A DNA stretch of 64,000 nt, taken from positions 1 through 64,000 of the forward strand of contig KZ538254.1 of the NCBI GenBank assembly GCA_000934665.2, read 5' to 3'. Positions 44,974-60,752 of this stretch are shown piece after piece. A program made the translations under genes and the position numbers. The stretch's first letter is position 1. Each line of letters opens with the position of its first letter. Below the pieces are notes generated by a model. It saw only the letters and a list, made by a program, of their open reading frames with translations. It made no database searches and had not been told where the DNA came from. The stretch is from Catajapyx aquilonaris. Its lineage: Eukaryota.

Positions 44974-47900
44974 CTGAAAACAAAAACCACAGTCAGTACA
45001 ATATGCAACTGCCTCCTCCAATAAAAGTAAAGCAAGGGGCACTGCCTTTGTGCAATTTATTTGAGACACACGCGTCATAAATAGCAGTCAGCAGGCACAG
45101 AAGGTCACACTCATTACCACCGTATCTATTGCATACATTCCGCTCAAACCTTGCCACAGTAAAACCTGTCCACAACACAAGTTTTCCCATATGTTACAGG
45201 TTTGTGTTGAACAGGACAATAATCCATCGGAGAGCCCCCTCCTTCACAACCAAACAACAAGCACATTCCCAGTCTATCCCTGTATCTTGTCATAATTTCA
45301 CCACATCTTACGTCATGGCAACATTGCAAGTTTCTTTTTAAAAATCACATTTTGACCCCATTGCAACATGAATGTCTTATCATATTGAAGGGAGTCCCGC
45401 ACTGATCCTAGACGTCAGCAATAGGAGTAATTTATCTGAGGTTATGGTCTCCCTTTTTTGTTTGCATGACACCCATTCACTTCCACCCGACAGGAGTTTA
45501 AGCCTCCCCCCTACTCTCTCCATACAAGCTCAGGTATTTCTCGTCAGTCCCTTTTACAGGGCTTATTCACCAGAACCGAAAGCACTCGTTGAGCGTGCCC
45601 ATGAGAAACCTCCAGACCATGACTTATTGCATGTCATTCTGAGATTTGCCCAATGTGATTACATCCTAATGGGTCCCAAATGAGCAATTTTATTTTTCCA
45701 CTGGCTGTAGCGCAGTTAGTTAGGTTTAGATCTTTTAATCATTAATGATTGGCGACCCTGTGTCAGTCTGCGAGCAAGTGCGTATGCATCCCATCCCAAT
45801 CTCACATTCATTGGGTCGAGACTGGCATGATGAATAGCATGGGCCCTGGCATGGGGGGGAGGGATACCAGTGTGTCAATTCCCCCAAATGGGGATCCCGG
45901 ATGACTAGCGATAAATTTACAAAAATACAACCACCTTTGGAGAGATTATGCGTTGTCCCTGCAAGCTGGCAGGAGGATTTGTTTGGCCAACGTAGGAGGA
46001 AATGGTCTGGACGTGTCGGAGGAAGTTTGCAGTGCAAACAGGGCCTGGTATAATGTAATCCCACAAGCGGCTGGCTGCTGCTGCTGCTGCGAGGATAGGA
46101 GAGGTGAGGTGAAGTGGGTAGGTAGCCAAATCTCTGGCCAATCCATCCAGGACAAACTAGATTTAGGTCCTCCCTTGCCAAACCCGTTGCCCTGAATACG
46201 TAAAACGCTGGAAATCAAGCCCTGCTTGTTTATCGCTAGGCAGCAGTAGCAGCAGGATTGCCATTACAACGGCAGGCACACACCTCTTTTCTGCATGTGA
46301 TGTATTGCTCCCATTATTTTCGCCAAAGGTTTTCCCCCCTTTAACAGTGCGGGGGTGGGAAGGCGTGAAAATTGTCGAATTCCTTTCCCCCCCCCTGCTT
46401 CTCCTGGCTGGCTGAGTTGGCTGCTGTGTCGGGTCCTATCCAACCATCCATGCAGCAAGGGAAGAAGGAATGGAGGGAATTTTTTCTTCTTTTAAGAAAT
46501 AAGGAGGAAAAAGGGAGGAAATGCCAAGGAGAAAATGGTGCTGCTTATTCCATCTCCCTTCCCCCCCCTTATCAAAAAAAGGAGGGGGGCTGCTCGAAAA
46601 GTGGTCCATTATTGATCTGGCAGGGGTATAGGGGGGTCACACACACAGAGAGAGAGAGAGGTCTTATCCATCTCTCTTCCACTTGTCTCTCTGGACACCC
46701 ACCCACTGAAATAGCCCGCATACAAGACTTGGAAGGACGAATGTGACAAAAAGGGGTCCAGAGATGGAGACAAAAAGTTCCTTTTCCTCCAGCCTCCCAA
46801 GCCACTTTCTTATCGCCAATGATCGAATTCGAGGCATGATGGTCCTGCGCCAAAAAGGGTCGATCAACCGAGATCACACCTTTAAAAGGGGAAGGATGGG
46901 ACACCCTCTGGCTCCGTGGGGGACCTAAGCACGTGCACAGGTTGGTGCACAGAGAAGTGACAATATATTGGGTACTGTGAACACATGGCCGAGTGCACCA
47001 GCTTGCGGGGATATATTATTATGATTGAATGGAACGGGTTGAGCGAGCGATCCAAATGGGTTGACAACATTGGCAGCAGTTGACGAGAGGGGGAGGTTGT
47101 CCTGGCATGATTGGGCTGGCTGGCTGGCTGGCTGGCTGGCGTGATGAAAAGGCTTTTTCCAAATAGCCGTACCGCAAAACTGTTGATCGGTGGATGGTTG
47201 GATGGACGCAACATGGGCCCTAAACCCTGCCTCCAAATTGGGTGGGTGGGAAGTGCGGAAGCGAGTGTGCATTGCACCGACACACTACTACGTGTATGTG
47301 TCGAATGCAGGTGGCATATATAGCCTATACATTCAGCAATATGTGATGGTGCCCATCGAGTGGCATCGTCCAGCATCCCCCGCAGGGATGCTGATGGTTG
47401 GCTGGATGGCCAGGAGGAAAACAGCCCCGAGGAGGTGTGTGGTCATTAGCAGCAGGTTAATTGGAAAGAGGGTGGAGAGGAGGGAGGGGAAAAGGGGGGC
47501 GATGGGCAATTACACGTGTGAGCGGGGCGGGTGCTGATAAGTGTAGCAACTGATGCGGGAAAACAGAATCATCCTGACGGGCAGGCAATCCGGCCAACAC
47601 ACCACATCCAGCTGCACTGGTATGATGATTGGAGCACTGAATGTATTGCACTGAAGAAAATATCCAGACAGGCGACTGGGGGGACCAAAGGGGAATTCGG
47701 ATGTGCAGTATACCAAGAACAGCTTCTCCTGACAAGTGGCGTGTGAATCAGAGTGCTGTGCGTTATTCCCTGGGGCCCATTTGGTGCTATGGCCTCCTCC
47801 CCCATTTATGTGAGCAGTTATTCCATTGAAAGAGGTGCAGGGTGGGTGGGGATTGGGGCGTCGTCGGGCGGAAGGGGTGCTGCGGAAGAAGGGAGGGAGA

Positions 47901-48107
47901 GCAGGTGCAGCAGCGGGGGTCGGGGATAGCGTGGTGGTGTAAGGTGTATATGGACGCCTCACCCGACACAGAAACGCACGAGGTCCGTGACTGACGCACG
48001 GGGACACGCACCCAGTGTCACAGAAACGCACACAAGCATTGGGAGAGAGGACGAGGAGCATCAGGTGCGCATGTACGTATGAAGAGGAGAGACGCGAGGA
48101 GGTATAC

Positions 48108-48165
48108 CTTCAGCGTGGGATCGTCGCAGCATCTGCCGGCACAATTCGGAGAACATGGGGCGCAT
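48108..48165 (-). CDS. Candidate short alternative first coding exon of ensconsin (MRPMFSELCRQMLRRSHAE)
   Basis: Donor GAAG|gtatac in phase 1, matching the acceptor at 44973; CpG-rich surroundings. The frame may extend upstream to 48369. Confidence 0.4.
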
Positions 48166-51100
48166 TCTACTCTTCCTGGCCCCCACCACCACTCCGGATG
48201 CTGCACCCAGACACCTGCAGCAGCACCTTCCCTTCCTTATTCCGACCGATATCACCAACAGCACCCACCGCACATCGTGGCAAGGGGAGCAGGACGACGA
48301 CGACAACGAGGAAGAGGACGGGGAGGAGGGAAAGGAGGACCGTCGTCGCGGGTTGCGCCGGCACAGCATCTATGCACATCAGATGGGCAGCGGCACAGGG
48401 TGTACTAGCTCGTGTCCATCTCCATGGCCGATGATCTGCTCTCCCACAGGGATGCTGCCCTATGCCCGCACAACACCGACGGCGACGACTCCTCTCTCTC
48501 TCTCCCCTCCCAGCACCGACGCTCCTGCTTCCTGAGAGGGAGGGGGTGGGGTGTCGACGGTGGAGGGTGGCGGTGACGGCCCCACAACCTTCCTCCCCCC
48601 AACCCCTGCTTCCCCACTGCGCCTGCCTGGCCCCCTCTCTATACTACGGTATATACCTGCCCCGCCCCGCCTCATCCGTGACACAGCGCCGCATCCATCC
48701 ACACAGACACACGGTGCGTCCCTGCTGGCGTCGGTCGGTCGGTCGGGCAGTGACCGTCGTGCATGCCCATCACCACCAGCTTCGTCAACCGACCTCCCTA
48801 TATGCCATATCTCTCCGGTACAAAGGCACACGACAATCAGCCGGTGCACGGAACATGTGGGGGCGAGTCAGGACGGGCAGGCTACAATGAGAGTCTGCTG
48901 GCTGCCTGCCTATATACTACATGCAGCTATGGCAGCCGCATCGATCTCATCTGACGCTGCCCATGAAGAGCCCGGTGCTGCTGGGAGAGGAGAGAGAAGA
49001 GAGAGTCGTCTCTCTCCCTCTCCAGCACAGCAGGCTGCCCGGAATCAAACATGAGCAAAGGTTTTGCCTCCAACGCCACTCGGAATGTACATGATCCGGA
49101 CATGCAGCACACGATGCTGCACTGAACAACGAGCGTCGGCTGGCCATAGGTCATGCAACCCAAACGTGCCGCTGCTATTCATGTCATGCTCCTCCTGGCC
49201 TGATGCTGCATCTGTATGGCACACAGGAAGGATCCGTATTCGACACCCGCGCGCCATTAATTTATAATGCGCCGGCACTCACCCCGGGGGCGGCGAAGGA
49301 TAAAGAACAGTAAAGGGGGGTGCACTCCCCCCCCTCTATATACATTCATTGGGTCGGAAGAGGTGCCCGAGGTAGGGGGTGGCACGCGACAACACCTAAT
49401 AAACACTGACCTCGCCAGTTGGTTCGTGACCATCGAGAGTTATGCCGCCCGGGCGACGCAAAGTCCTGCTCGCCGTCCATGCACCGGCAAATTAATTCCC
49501 TGCAAATTTCCCACCGCCATCCCAGCCAACTAACAGCTCCAAGTCGCGTAATAGCAACAGCGGCTAGAATAACACTGCTGTAATGAGAACAGTCAGCTGG
49601 CTGCCACCTGACATGTCCAGGAGGAGGGCAAGGCCACTCCACCAACTGGACAGGGTATATACTAATTGGATGCTGCAATAAGGCTCCAGCAGCATGGTCA
49701 ACTTCGTGTGGAGGAAGCCAACAAGAGTCACAATCTGAGTGTCAGGACTCACTGCTCTTGACTCGCATCATTCAGTTGAACTAAACAATTGCTCAAAGTT
49801 AGGTTACATGTGCATGGAAGGGACACGTGACACGTCCAGTATACGTACATCGGGGAATGACAGGGAGGGAGGGAGGGAGGGAGGGTCGCACCAGTTATTA
49901 TGTATTGCACATCGCAGCAGCCTGACTGACTGCTGAGTGACTGCAACCTTTGCCAGCTGTTCTGGTTCTCTTATCAGGACGACCAAGTTCATATCTTCGT
50001 CAGCGTGATGTCTTCCCTTCTCGAAGTATCAGCAACAGTCAAGCACAGTGCAAAAACCCGTTTATAATGGTAAGCAACATTCACGACAGGTGAATACATG
50101 CGACAATGATTGTTGCTCTCTCTTCCTGCGCGAGAGTCAACAATGACTAGCCCTTTTGGTGTGAATTGGGAAGAGCACCTGCACCTGTCAAAACCTCGTG
50201 GTTGCCACATATTGTACGACCACCAGTCGTTATTATTATTATTACCGTTATTACCAATGATTTGAATGAAAGCTTCGGAAAGATCCCAGATTGCATGCGA
50301 GCCAGGTGGAATTTTCTGTTGGTGCTAGGAAGTGAATTAATGCGAGCCCAAACGGGCATACAAATAGCACGATCTCGTTTGCGTTGTCGTTGTTGTTGTT
50401 TTCATGTTGGCAGCAATACGCCTGCTGATGGAATCACCCACAATGTTTCGGCAGCAGATGGTGATGGGGATTGGGGAGCAAAAGTTGGGAACCGTGCAAA
50501 TCGGTTTGCGGAAAGTTTTGCAAATGGACGGGCGAGTGCGAATCGGTGCGGCCATTACACAGATGACAGTCGCTGCTTCTGCTATACCCAGTTCGGACTC
50601 GAGTGGGAGGGAGTAAGGCCACTAACATGACTATAATAGTGCCGGCGCCGTCGAGTCGGCCGTCGGAAGGAAGAGGGGGGAGGGGCAGTTGTAGTGGTGG
50701 TGGTCGACGATGCTGCTTGTTCGACGTACCACCGACCTCCGACAGAAGCAGCAGCAAGGAAAGCATGATTTCTGGCTGGCTGGCTGGCCAGTCAGGCAGG
50801 CGCCTACATCACACAGTGTATGAGCCCCCACGACTCCCACCCACACAATCACATCATCGGATATAAAGCAAGAAGAGGAGGTCACCACACCTACTGCTAT
50901 AGTATATGTATACGATTATACCCGCCGCTCCATAACACACACACGGACACACGGACACCGCTTGGTTGCACGCGACCCGACCATATACCAAAGCCTGTCA
51001 TTACAAAGGCCATTCATTCCCCCCGAAAGTGTATTAGACCCATTATGTATACATCGGCTGACGACGCATGTGCACACGTTATGTATGAATCATGCAGCTG

Positions 51101-52190
51101 GGGGAGACCACTTTACACGGGTATAATGTGCAGCATGGAAACCAGTCGACATGACCATCCGCAATACAAGGAACCTGCCGCCCTAATGTGCACACATCAG
51201 TCCAAGGGCATGGGCGTGCAGGCTCATTATTATTCCAGTTATTATTCCCCATTCCCACGCATCCATTTCGCATCATCATACGCAGTGCACCCGCCCTTTC
51301 ATTCCCCTCCCATCTTCCCCAACTGTATTAAACCGTGGATCCAGCCTCTCTAAAACGATTCTTCTTATAAATTCTAGAGGCAGCAGCATCCACATCAGCA
51401 CGGACAGGTCGTAAACATGCGATAGTTACGTCTATAGCTAGATACAGTGTGCAGTGTACTATAATCGCATATCACTTGAGCGGCTGCTGCTGCTTCACTC
51501 ATATGATGCTGATGGTGGCCTCATCCATCAACTCCTACCACCCTGGCGTAAATCATCCAGATAGGAACGTAACTTAGACAAGTCCGCGGTTTAAATCCTG
51601 CCCCATTCATTGATTGCTGCAACTGGCCCAGGCTCGGAAGCTGCACACACCCTGCCCCCCCTCCCCATGCAGGGTACATCCACTCAACACCAGGCACGCA
51701 TTTCACAAGGCCAAACAAAATTAAAAAATCGCCCTCTCTGCAGCAATGCGCCACTATATGAACCACGTGTACATTCACTGCTATATGTATGGTGCTGTCA
51801 GTGCGCAACATGAACCTTACACATTTATTCAAATAAAATCCCATTCTCTCTAAATGTATATTCTCCCTTTGACATGAGAGTTGCGTGCGATTTATTTTTT
51901 TGCACTTTTTGAACAAGTCACTCCCCTCCCACAAACACATACACATCCTGCACAATGTGTGCCTGTCAAAACCTACACACTCACACTCAAGAGTAAACAA
52001 CACGTCACCCAAGTCAAACACTTGGTATATAAGTGTGGATTATCTGCTCTACACGCTACGTAAGTGAATATGGGGGCCGGTCTGATATGTTATAGTACCT
52101 CACGATGACAGCTGTTGCTCAAGGATCATGATTCACCCTTCCCCGTCTCTGTATCTCACCGCCTTGCGCACCTATATTTACACGCACGTA

Positions 52191-52566
52191 CAGGGTGCTT
52201 CAGCTCACTCTCTGGCTCTCTTGGAAAATTCGTGGCAATCTGGTTTGGAATGAGCAGTTCAGGTTATCAGCACAATTATCTCTTAATTTATTAGGCCGAA
52301 TGACAACATGCCCTGCATTGCAATGAATAACATGTATTGGGGTCCACATCGAACCCACAGGCATCTGAGGTCAATTCCCCAACCCCCGTTTTTGTGTAGG
52401 GCAGATCTGTAATGCGGTGATTTTTTTTAACAAAAATTAAATGGTGGGGCATCCAATTTGACATAACAAGAAAGTCAAAGTGACATAAAAACTAGCTTCC
52501 CAGCAAATAATGTACAGGGCCAATAAAGTCATCGACTGAACCGAACAGTGTCTTCGGAACACCCTG
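52191..52566. mobile_element. Tc1/mariner-type MITE (376 bp)
   Basis: TA|CAGGGTGCTTCA ... CGGAACACCCTG|TA: imperfect TIRs, TA TSD, non-coding interior. Confidence 0.65.
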
Positions 52567-54577
52567 TACATCTGCGTGCGTACAAGTACTGTAATCATCC
52601 GAGTGAAATCCAAGGACGAATATAAGCGGCGTCTAATCCAAGATGATCCCCACCACAGGAGAAAGAGCTACATTCCTTATTTACAGCAGGAAACCCATCA
52701 TATTCCAAAGTATAGTAAGGTGCAACACTCCCATGTATGGAGTGCCTCTGCATATATACTGGAGATTGCTGGGGGCACCCCCTGCAGCTATATGGCCAGG
52801 CTGATTCACAGCAGCCGATCCAGACGACAGCCGCTCGTTATTGCTAAGAGTGGGCTACCTGTCAATCACGACAGACTGTACATTTTTGGTCATTCGTGCC
52901 AGCCTCCGATTCCCCCCTCCTATGTACTCCTTCGAAACTACTCGAGTGATTGGGTAATTACGCCAAATATGGCGTCCGGACCGTCAGCTGGCGGCAGGAA
53001 TGCTGAAGACGGAGAAGGATGCAGCAACATTCCAAACAATCATTACGCAACGGCATCATTTCGCCAGGGCGAGACCCATTTGACAAGGACATGCCATAAG
53101 AAAAGGGGAGAAGGGGGGGGGGGGGGANNNGGGGGGGGAATATGCAGCCACACCTCGTCCCTTCTCCTCTCCGTTTATACCCTCAAAAATACAAGTATTA
53201 TTCAGCAAGTGTCCTTTACGCAACAATCCATGGACGGCGCCACAAAAGGTGTCCAATCAAAGCGCATTGGTCACACGTCTATACAGCAAGGTGCTGTCTC
53301 GCCTGACCGCAGTCACCGAACTACGTCATCGGGTCATGGACACCATTCATTCCAGCCAGTTTTCGCCTCTATAGTCACTCGCATCATGTATAAAGTCAAA
53401 TTCCCTCTGCCAATCTATTGGATCAAGTCCCCGGTGACCCTTGTTATACACATATCTGCAGGGTGTATATGATATTCCCACATTGTGATCCCATCCGTGC
53501 CATTTAAATGTCATCACCTGCTCTTTTCTCACGCGATTATTTCCCATCACTTTGGAAGGAGGCCTGGCGCTATTCCCCGATCCGGATTAATCAGACTCCA
53601 ACACTCTCCCTCCTCCTCGGTCAACAGCAGCTGCGTTGTTTCCCCTCATCTATGACCAGAAAGCGTGCTGGCCCTGCTGAGGCCAAAGGTCGTATATATC
53701 CCCACCCAAAATGACGACGTCGTGTCTCCATGTATATACCCGGGCATCGTGCAAATGTGGCACGGTCTGACATGACACACTGGGTTGGCCAACGAGTCAC
53801 GACTATATAGGACTCGGTGGCTTATTATTTGCAGCGTGTATATTGTTGTGGTGCAGGCTGTTGCTGGAAATGGTGTTGGCCACGTGGCCGCGTATACCTC
53901 ACCCACCCACCACATATCACACAGCAGGGGCCTTTATATTGCCCCTACCCACACCTGCCTGCCTCCAGTGTTATTGCATCACCTAAACAGGCCCCGACAT
54001 TCCCTGATTGCATCTAGAGCCGATTGGCCGATTAAACCCAACAACACACTCTACTGCCCCACACCTCATGGCCAATCTCTCTCCACTGATTTGCACGGTA
54101 CACGTCGGGGTTTTTTTTTTTTGCGCGCGTGTGTGTGGTGACATGGTACAATACCAGGGTGTCCTACTGTCCAAGTCCATATTCCCAGCAGGGGAGAGCT
54201 TGGGGTCAGCGCACCACCCGGCACAAATATGCATGGCGAGCAGCAGCCAGTCAGTCAGCTGGCGAAAGATGGTCCAGCAGATAACAACAACTGTGTGTAC
54301 GCAGCATCCCCCAGGGTTTTGAACCGTCAGCAGAAGAGAGGATGACGTACTGTACGTGTAACCGTGGCGATGGCTGCTCCAGTCGTGAATCGATTGGCCA
54401 ATCTAGCCTCCACATGCACCCAGAAATATTCTGCCCAAAAATTCGGTTGAAAATTCCACACAGGCTGTCCCCACCATGGATCCCGATTGGCCAGTTTCAC
54501 TCTTTTGAAAGGGAGGCACCCCACCTCTCTCTCTCTCTCTCTCTCTCCGTCCCTCCCCGACGCTGCATCATTCTCAC

Positions 54578-54890
54578 CTGAACCCGATCTTTTGTGCCGA
54601 GCAACGGCCCTGCTGGTCCCATTGTCGCACTCCCCGTTGTTGTTGATGTTATTGTTGTTGTTGTTGCTGTGGACCGTGGCGGGCTTCCCCCCTCCTGTCC
54701 TCCTGACCCTGGTGGCCCTCCTGAGTTCCGTGGGTCCCAGGTTCTCCTGAGAGAGCGAGATGGCCAGAATGCCCCGGATGGCCTCCAGCTTGTTCCTCCT
54801 CGCGACGGCGTCCTCCGTGGTCCAGCTGCATCCGAACGACGAGCGACGACCCCCTGTCCCTCCTTGCCCGGCACCGCCCACCCCTCCCAT
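54578..54890 (-). CDS. Candidate alternative first coding exon of ensconsin
   Basis: MGGVGG...RRSSFGCSWTTEDAVARRNKLEAIRGILAISLSQENL...RHKRSGS, ending TCAG|gtgaga in phase 1, compatible with the acceptor at 44973. Confidence 0.6.
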
Positions 54891-57800
54891 CACAACAAAC
54901 GCGACGACAACAACAGCACTACACCATCCGCCGACGACATGTGCGGTCCAGGCAGCAGCATCCGCCGACGGTGCAACGACCACCGGCAGTCTGTCTCCCG
55001 AACCGCGGCCCGCCTGGCACTGCACTATCTGGGATCTCCGCCAGTGATTCCCCCCCAACTACCAAACTAGTAGTGGGTAGGCAGGTACCGTGCAACTAAA
55101 AGCAGCACCAGCTCTAGCAAGCAGCACCCCCGTCCCCTTTCCCTTCCCTCTCTCCCACCCTGAGCCAAACCAACCAACCAACCAACCAACCACGACGTCA
55201 CCCAACACCGGGGCTTGGAAATAAAGCTGGCTCACTCTCGCTTTTCCCCCCGTCGCTCACTCACGTGCGGGGGAAGCCTGGCCCTGCCTCACCTTCGATC
55301 CCATTTCACTCTGACAGGAACGGCCAGACGACGGGCTCTACTGGGAACTGACCTATCACCTTGTCCCCTTCCTTCCCTTAAACCCAAACCCAGTCTCTCG
55401 ACGCACATGGCCGGGGTGCCGTCAAGTGATGGGCAGCAAACTCTATTAATGACGACGACGACCTGTGCATGAAGGGAGCCGCCTACTTTGATGATCGAGT
55501 GGCGGTGACCCAGTTTGGACCCACGATTTGGGCGCCAACGAGGGAAATCAATGACGGCGACCAACTCAGCTGACGGGCGACGGGAAGGGAAAAGGGGTGG
55601 GGGTGGGGTCGACGACGCAAGAGCAGCGCAGCATCGCAGCACGAAGACTGTGCAGCCATCTCTGACGGCACCACTGAAACTGCAACGGGTCGACAACCAC
55701 GCTTTGCAGCCATTGGAATATATCACCAGACAAGAGGGGGTGGGTGGTGCAGCAACATGCACACGGAAAGAGCTGGATTGTTCACTCCAGCCAACACTTC
55801 GAAGGCGAGAGGAAACGGTTTGTTGCATCTCTGTTTCTGTAAGGGTGAACAATCCGCGACTTCCACATTTCTAGAACACTATCGTGCACCACCCTGCTTC
55901 CCACTTAGGGGATTCTTGGCATAATTATGCGCAACAGACCTCTCGCCACACCCATGGCATCTCTATGAGGCACACGACTCATAGGAATATGCATAGATTC
56001 AAAAGAGAGATGGTTGAAGGCACTGTCGGCCGACAAGCGTTGGAAATAAGCTATTCCAAAGAGTGCGTGAGGTGCGTGCGCACCCTGCCCCTCTAAGCGC
56101 CCATGTGTCCAACAAGACGACGACAGCAACAAGTGGCACTCACGAGCAACAACAACAACATGCGACCGCTCTTAAATAAATCCGTAGAGTGAATACAAGA
56201 TGCGCAATTTCGATCTCTTCCGGCGCTAATTATTTATTCTAATCGAATCATTTTTTTTTCTCCAGTGCATGACTGGGCAGAAGTGGGTTAAAGCCCTGCT
56301 CGCAAGCAGCATGTGCACCTTGTTGCTGCCAAGAATTTGGAGCAGAGCAAACCCCCCCAATTAAAACGAGACATTCCTGGAACGAGTCCAGACCACAAGT
56401 GCACCGTATATTTGCGCCACGTGTAATGCATACATTGCTCACTCACAATAAAACACCGAGCACGAAAGAAAAAATATATGTCTCGGAGCAAGGAATGAGC
56501 ATTGTCCGCCACTAGCATGAGCATAGCGTCGTCATCATCATCCTGGCAGCAGCTCCTTTCCAGGTTGATTATTATGTATTATTATTCCACGGAACAACGG
56601 TACAGCAGCAATAACAAGCGTGCGAAGTCATCATCATTCCTCCAGCTGATATATACGGTGGGGTGAGGCAAGCACTGCCTTCCAAGTGCATCACCTGCGT
56701 GACGTCACGAGTCTGATTGGTGAGAACTAGGCCCCTCCCGTGTGACCTCAAGTCATCCCACCTGGTGGCCCCAAGGGTGGTTTTTTGTTATTGTCGCCGA
56801 CAAATATCATTAAATATTCCGGATTATAGAAGAGAGGAAAGGGGGAGTTGCCTCCGGGATCAGCCAGCCAATCAGTTCGATTCCTTCGATTTTTATTTTC
56901 TCTTTCTCATCAGAAGCCTTTCCCTGATTCCCCCTCCCCCTCTGCCCCCCACTTCTTGTCCCTTATTCCACAAAATAACGGAATGTGCTGCGTGGGAGAA
57001 ATCCGGCTGCGGTTGCTACTTGGCTCAAAAGAAACGCTCCGGTGAAGCAGCACAGTGTCAGCATAGCTTATACACTGGGCCTCCGACATCGACCTCCAGC
57101 AGCCCGTCCCATTCCGGCCAAGTCACGAGCTGTGGCCCTCGCATAACGAGACCCATTTTGGGGAGGGTCCGGGTGTGGACTCATCTCTCGAGGAACATTT
57201 CAAGCAATCAAGACGCAATCGTAAATGACCGCATTGGACGGATAAAAAACGACCCTATACCCAGAAGAAGTGAACCCACAAAATCGGAGAGCATGGGGCG
57301 TGTGCAGCACCAGCATCAATTACTTCCCAGTGCTGAAAGTGCGTATAACACCCTGTAAACACCTGGGTGTTTCCCGCAAAGCACCGACCATCGTACTATG
57401 CCCGCATGAGGAAATGAGAGAATCGCGTGTGCAAGTAATGTTGATGACGCCAGTAGCGGCTGCTCAAAGCAGACCACTCCGTGTAATATTTTAACAAAAA
57501 AGGAGGTAGGTGGCTGGCTATATAAAGGTGCGTTTATAGCCTGTAATTCCTATTCACGCTGTTCCCATGCCTTATTTTGAAGCCATAAACCCATGTATAT
57601 GGGAGGAGGACAACAAGAGACGGAGAGAGAAAGAGAATGGAGAAAAAAAAGTGAGTTATCGACGTGAACCCACAACACCGACCATGTACGGTGCCTATAT
57701 AGGTTCTCCCTCCCCCTTTCAACACAACACACGCCCATTATGTCAAGACGGAAACAGGACCCGGCGCAATCTAATCGCAATTTTTCCTTCGAGTCTCTCA

Positions 57801-60752
57801 GTGTGTACCAATTTGGTCTCGCACAGCATACTGATTAAAGCCACACGATCCTTTCTTATAATATACTGATCATGTCTTTCGAATAGGAACGGTTGTTTAA
57901 TGTTTATATTACATCTCGGATGCGCGGGAAAAAGTGCACAAGTCAAATAATAATAATTTTTTGACTTAAGCGCTTTTCCTCCCGAATCGGAGCATTCACC
58001 TCTAAGAATAATCCACCTCATTGATAAGACTTGGATTCGGGGGGGGGATCGTTTATATATATACTTAATGTACTTTTTCCCGCGCATCCTAGACATGATG
58101 TCTGAACAAACGGGTGCCATTTACGCATTGACGAGGAAACGGGACCAGGTACACAATTTGTTTGTTATAATTACTATGAACAGAACAGTTCCGAAAGACA
58201 TACCCTTATTCTTTGGGCCCCATCTCACCTTATAATTACAGGCAATTTGGGCACGTTTGTCTTAATCAAGTCAACTGTTACAAATGCGCATTACACACAC
58301 AAAAAAAACCTCATTTTTGAATCCCACTGGATCGATAACCCAAGTTTACGTCTCAAATTACAATTAATTTTCTCGATTCACTTCATGATGTTGTTCATCA
58401 GATTGAGTATGTTCATATGTACGACTGACGAGTTATTCCCCCCTGACACCAGAAGCACCCAATGTCTGACTATTGGTATCGGAGAAAGGAAAGGAAATCG
58501 ATACCTGCAATTTTGGAGGAAGAAGTTGAAAAATCACGTCCCTGAGGCAGTTCGTGCATCACCAGTTTCATGATTGGCGGGAAAAAATGGGAAAAATTCC
58601 ATTTTGTTTTTCGGTATTTAAAAAAAAAAATCTAAAAGGGGATTTTATTTTTTCAGTTCCCTACAGCATACGTATGGTAGGCTAGACATGCATGAGAGGA
58701 GGCCTGCAATTATTTCAAACTTTTATGCCTTTTTAATGCTTAAGCTGAACGTGGGTCAGCAGTATATATAGTGTCCATTGCGGTGCACTCCCCAAGTCTA
58801 AAGAGGAGGAATGTTGCACAGAAGTCATCCCAGCAGCAACCACATGAAAAAGAATCGACAATCACGACATGTGGTCATGATTGAAAAACCGGTCGCTGCT
58901 GGGTATACAACAACTAATCCATAACTTCTCTCCCTTGGAGTGTGGACTTGAGCTATGCACCACAAAAACTGGATCATCACAGAGTTGACGACTTCCTCTC
59001 TCAGAGCTTATACAATATATTGCACCTCTCTCGGTCACGTATAAAACACTCACTGCGGTGCAGCAATTCGCAGCAGGATTTGCTGATTTTCATTACTTCA
59101 CGGAGTGCCAATACTACATTTCAAGTAGCATGACCTTCCGCACTGCATAAAGGCGGAGCAATGCTTAATTGTGCATTACAGATTAATTAGTAAAAGCGGA
59201 GTCCATCATGTAAGAGGTTTGTCCTTACTAGCGCAAGTCAAGGCTGTAGGCCTCCTCAGCTGTCCCTGTTGTGAGACAGACTGTTGAATAAGGATCCCCG
59301 AACAGTAGGTTGGCCTACAAGCACCCGTCAAAACGCCATATTATGACCAACTGCAAGAATCAAACGTCATTTCTGATGAGTCCAAGTGTCGAGTACCGGT
59401 TGCTTCCTAGTTGACCGAGAGATGATCATCATCATGATTGGAAAGGTCTGACCCACTCTTACATAGATGATAGACCCCGCATGTGAGCCGGCAAAATTCC
59501 TTCCTGGAAGGTCGCGCAGGGGCTACAGGGCACAGGTCAACGCAAGACAATGCCATCGGTGCATGCATATACTGTCCAATTAGAAAAAGAAGAGAAAGGG
59601 AGCCTCCGATTTTCAGGGATCAGCACGTATATAACGATGTTGCCCCTGCTTTTGCAGGCCAATTAATTACGACCACGTGGCCCACTTCACCTCTATATAA
59701 TAGTAATATCAATTTCCGCGATACAACTCTGTCCGTCTGACCCCCAGCACCTCATTATTCCGCATCTAAGCTCGAGGAGGGGAGGAAGTACAGATACAGC
59801 AGGGTGCGGAAATTTAACATATCGGCACTTTATGAGATGGTATAGAGGAGCTGTAGGTGTCGTGATAGGTCTTCGTATAGCCTACCATGCAATTGACCTA
59901 ACTCTGTAGATGCAAATTTGCTGCCAAATGAAGAATTGTTCGCCCCAGCATCAAAGCAGTTTACGACAGGAGCAACGATCAGGCCGAAATTGTTGTGTGA
60001 GGGTGAATAACCTCCCCTCCATTGTTGCATGGAGTGCTGTGTGGCCTCTGTATATATAAGAGCATGCAAATATAATTCTGTCCCACGTGATGGTGCACCA
60101 TCGCTGTTCACGCGTGGGTGGTCAGGTGATGTCGTCCGAAGCAGCCATGGAGTGGCCACCCCCATCACGCTGTCCCACCATGCGGAACAATACCGTACAC
60201 GTTACGTAGGCAGGCAGCACAGCAGGATGCGGGAAGCGAGGAAAGAGGAGGCCCAGCCCTTGAGGGATGTATCTCCACAATGACGAATTGACTCTATATC
60301 ATTTACACAGGGTGGGTTGATGATTGCTCATCCCTGCAGCAACTGCTCGTAAGAAAATAAAAGCAGCAATGGGGACCTCCATGCACTTGGAGTTGCTGGT
60401 TGCTGGACGAAACAATCCGCAACTTGCTGTCACGGTCCCGGATCAATTTGCATCACGGCAGAGACATGTATAGTGGCGGTGCATCACATCGGACTTGTCT
60501 GTTTCTTGCCTCGAGGGGTGCCAGGCAGAGCAGAAAGGCCAGCCATTCTCACACTATATACCCACTCTATATAGCCCAGTCAGACACTCTTATATCCCCT
60601 GAAAAGGGCTGAAACTGTCACGTGCAATGTGATGCATCGCACTTCATGTTAGTCGTTGCCTGCATTACTACGAATTGGTGCGCATTCCTTCGACTGTCAT
60701 CGCAGCGGAATGTATATAAATAACACGCATGAAATGAGCCCACATCACTCAC

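Noticed and set aside
52576..53472. 298-aa plus-strand ORF
   Set aside because: Non-ATG start, spans an N-gap and poly-G run, no recognisable domain; probably intronic.
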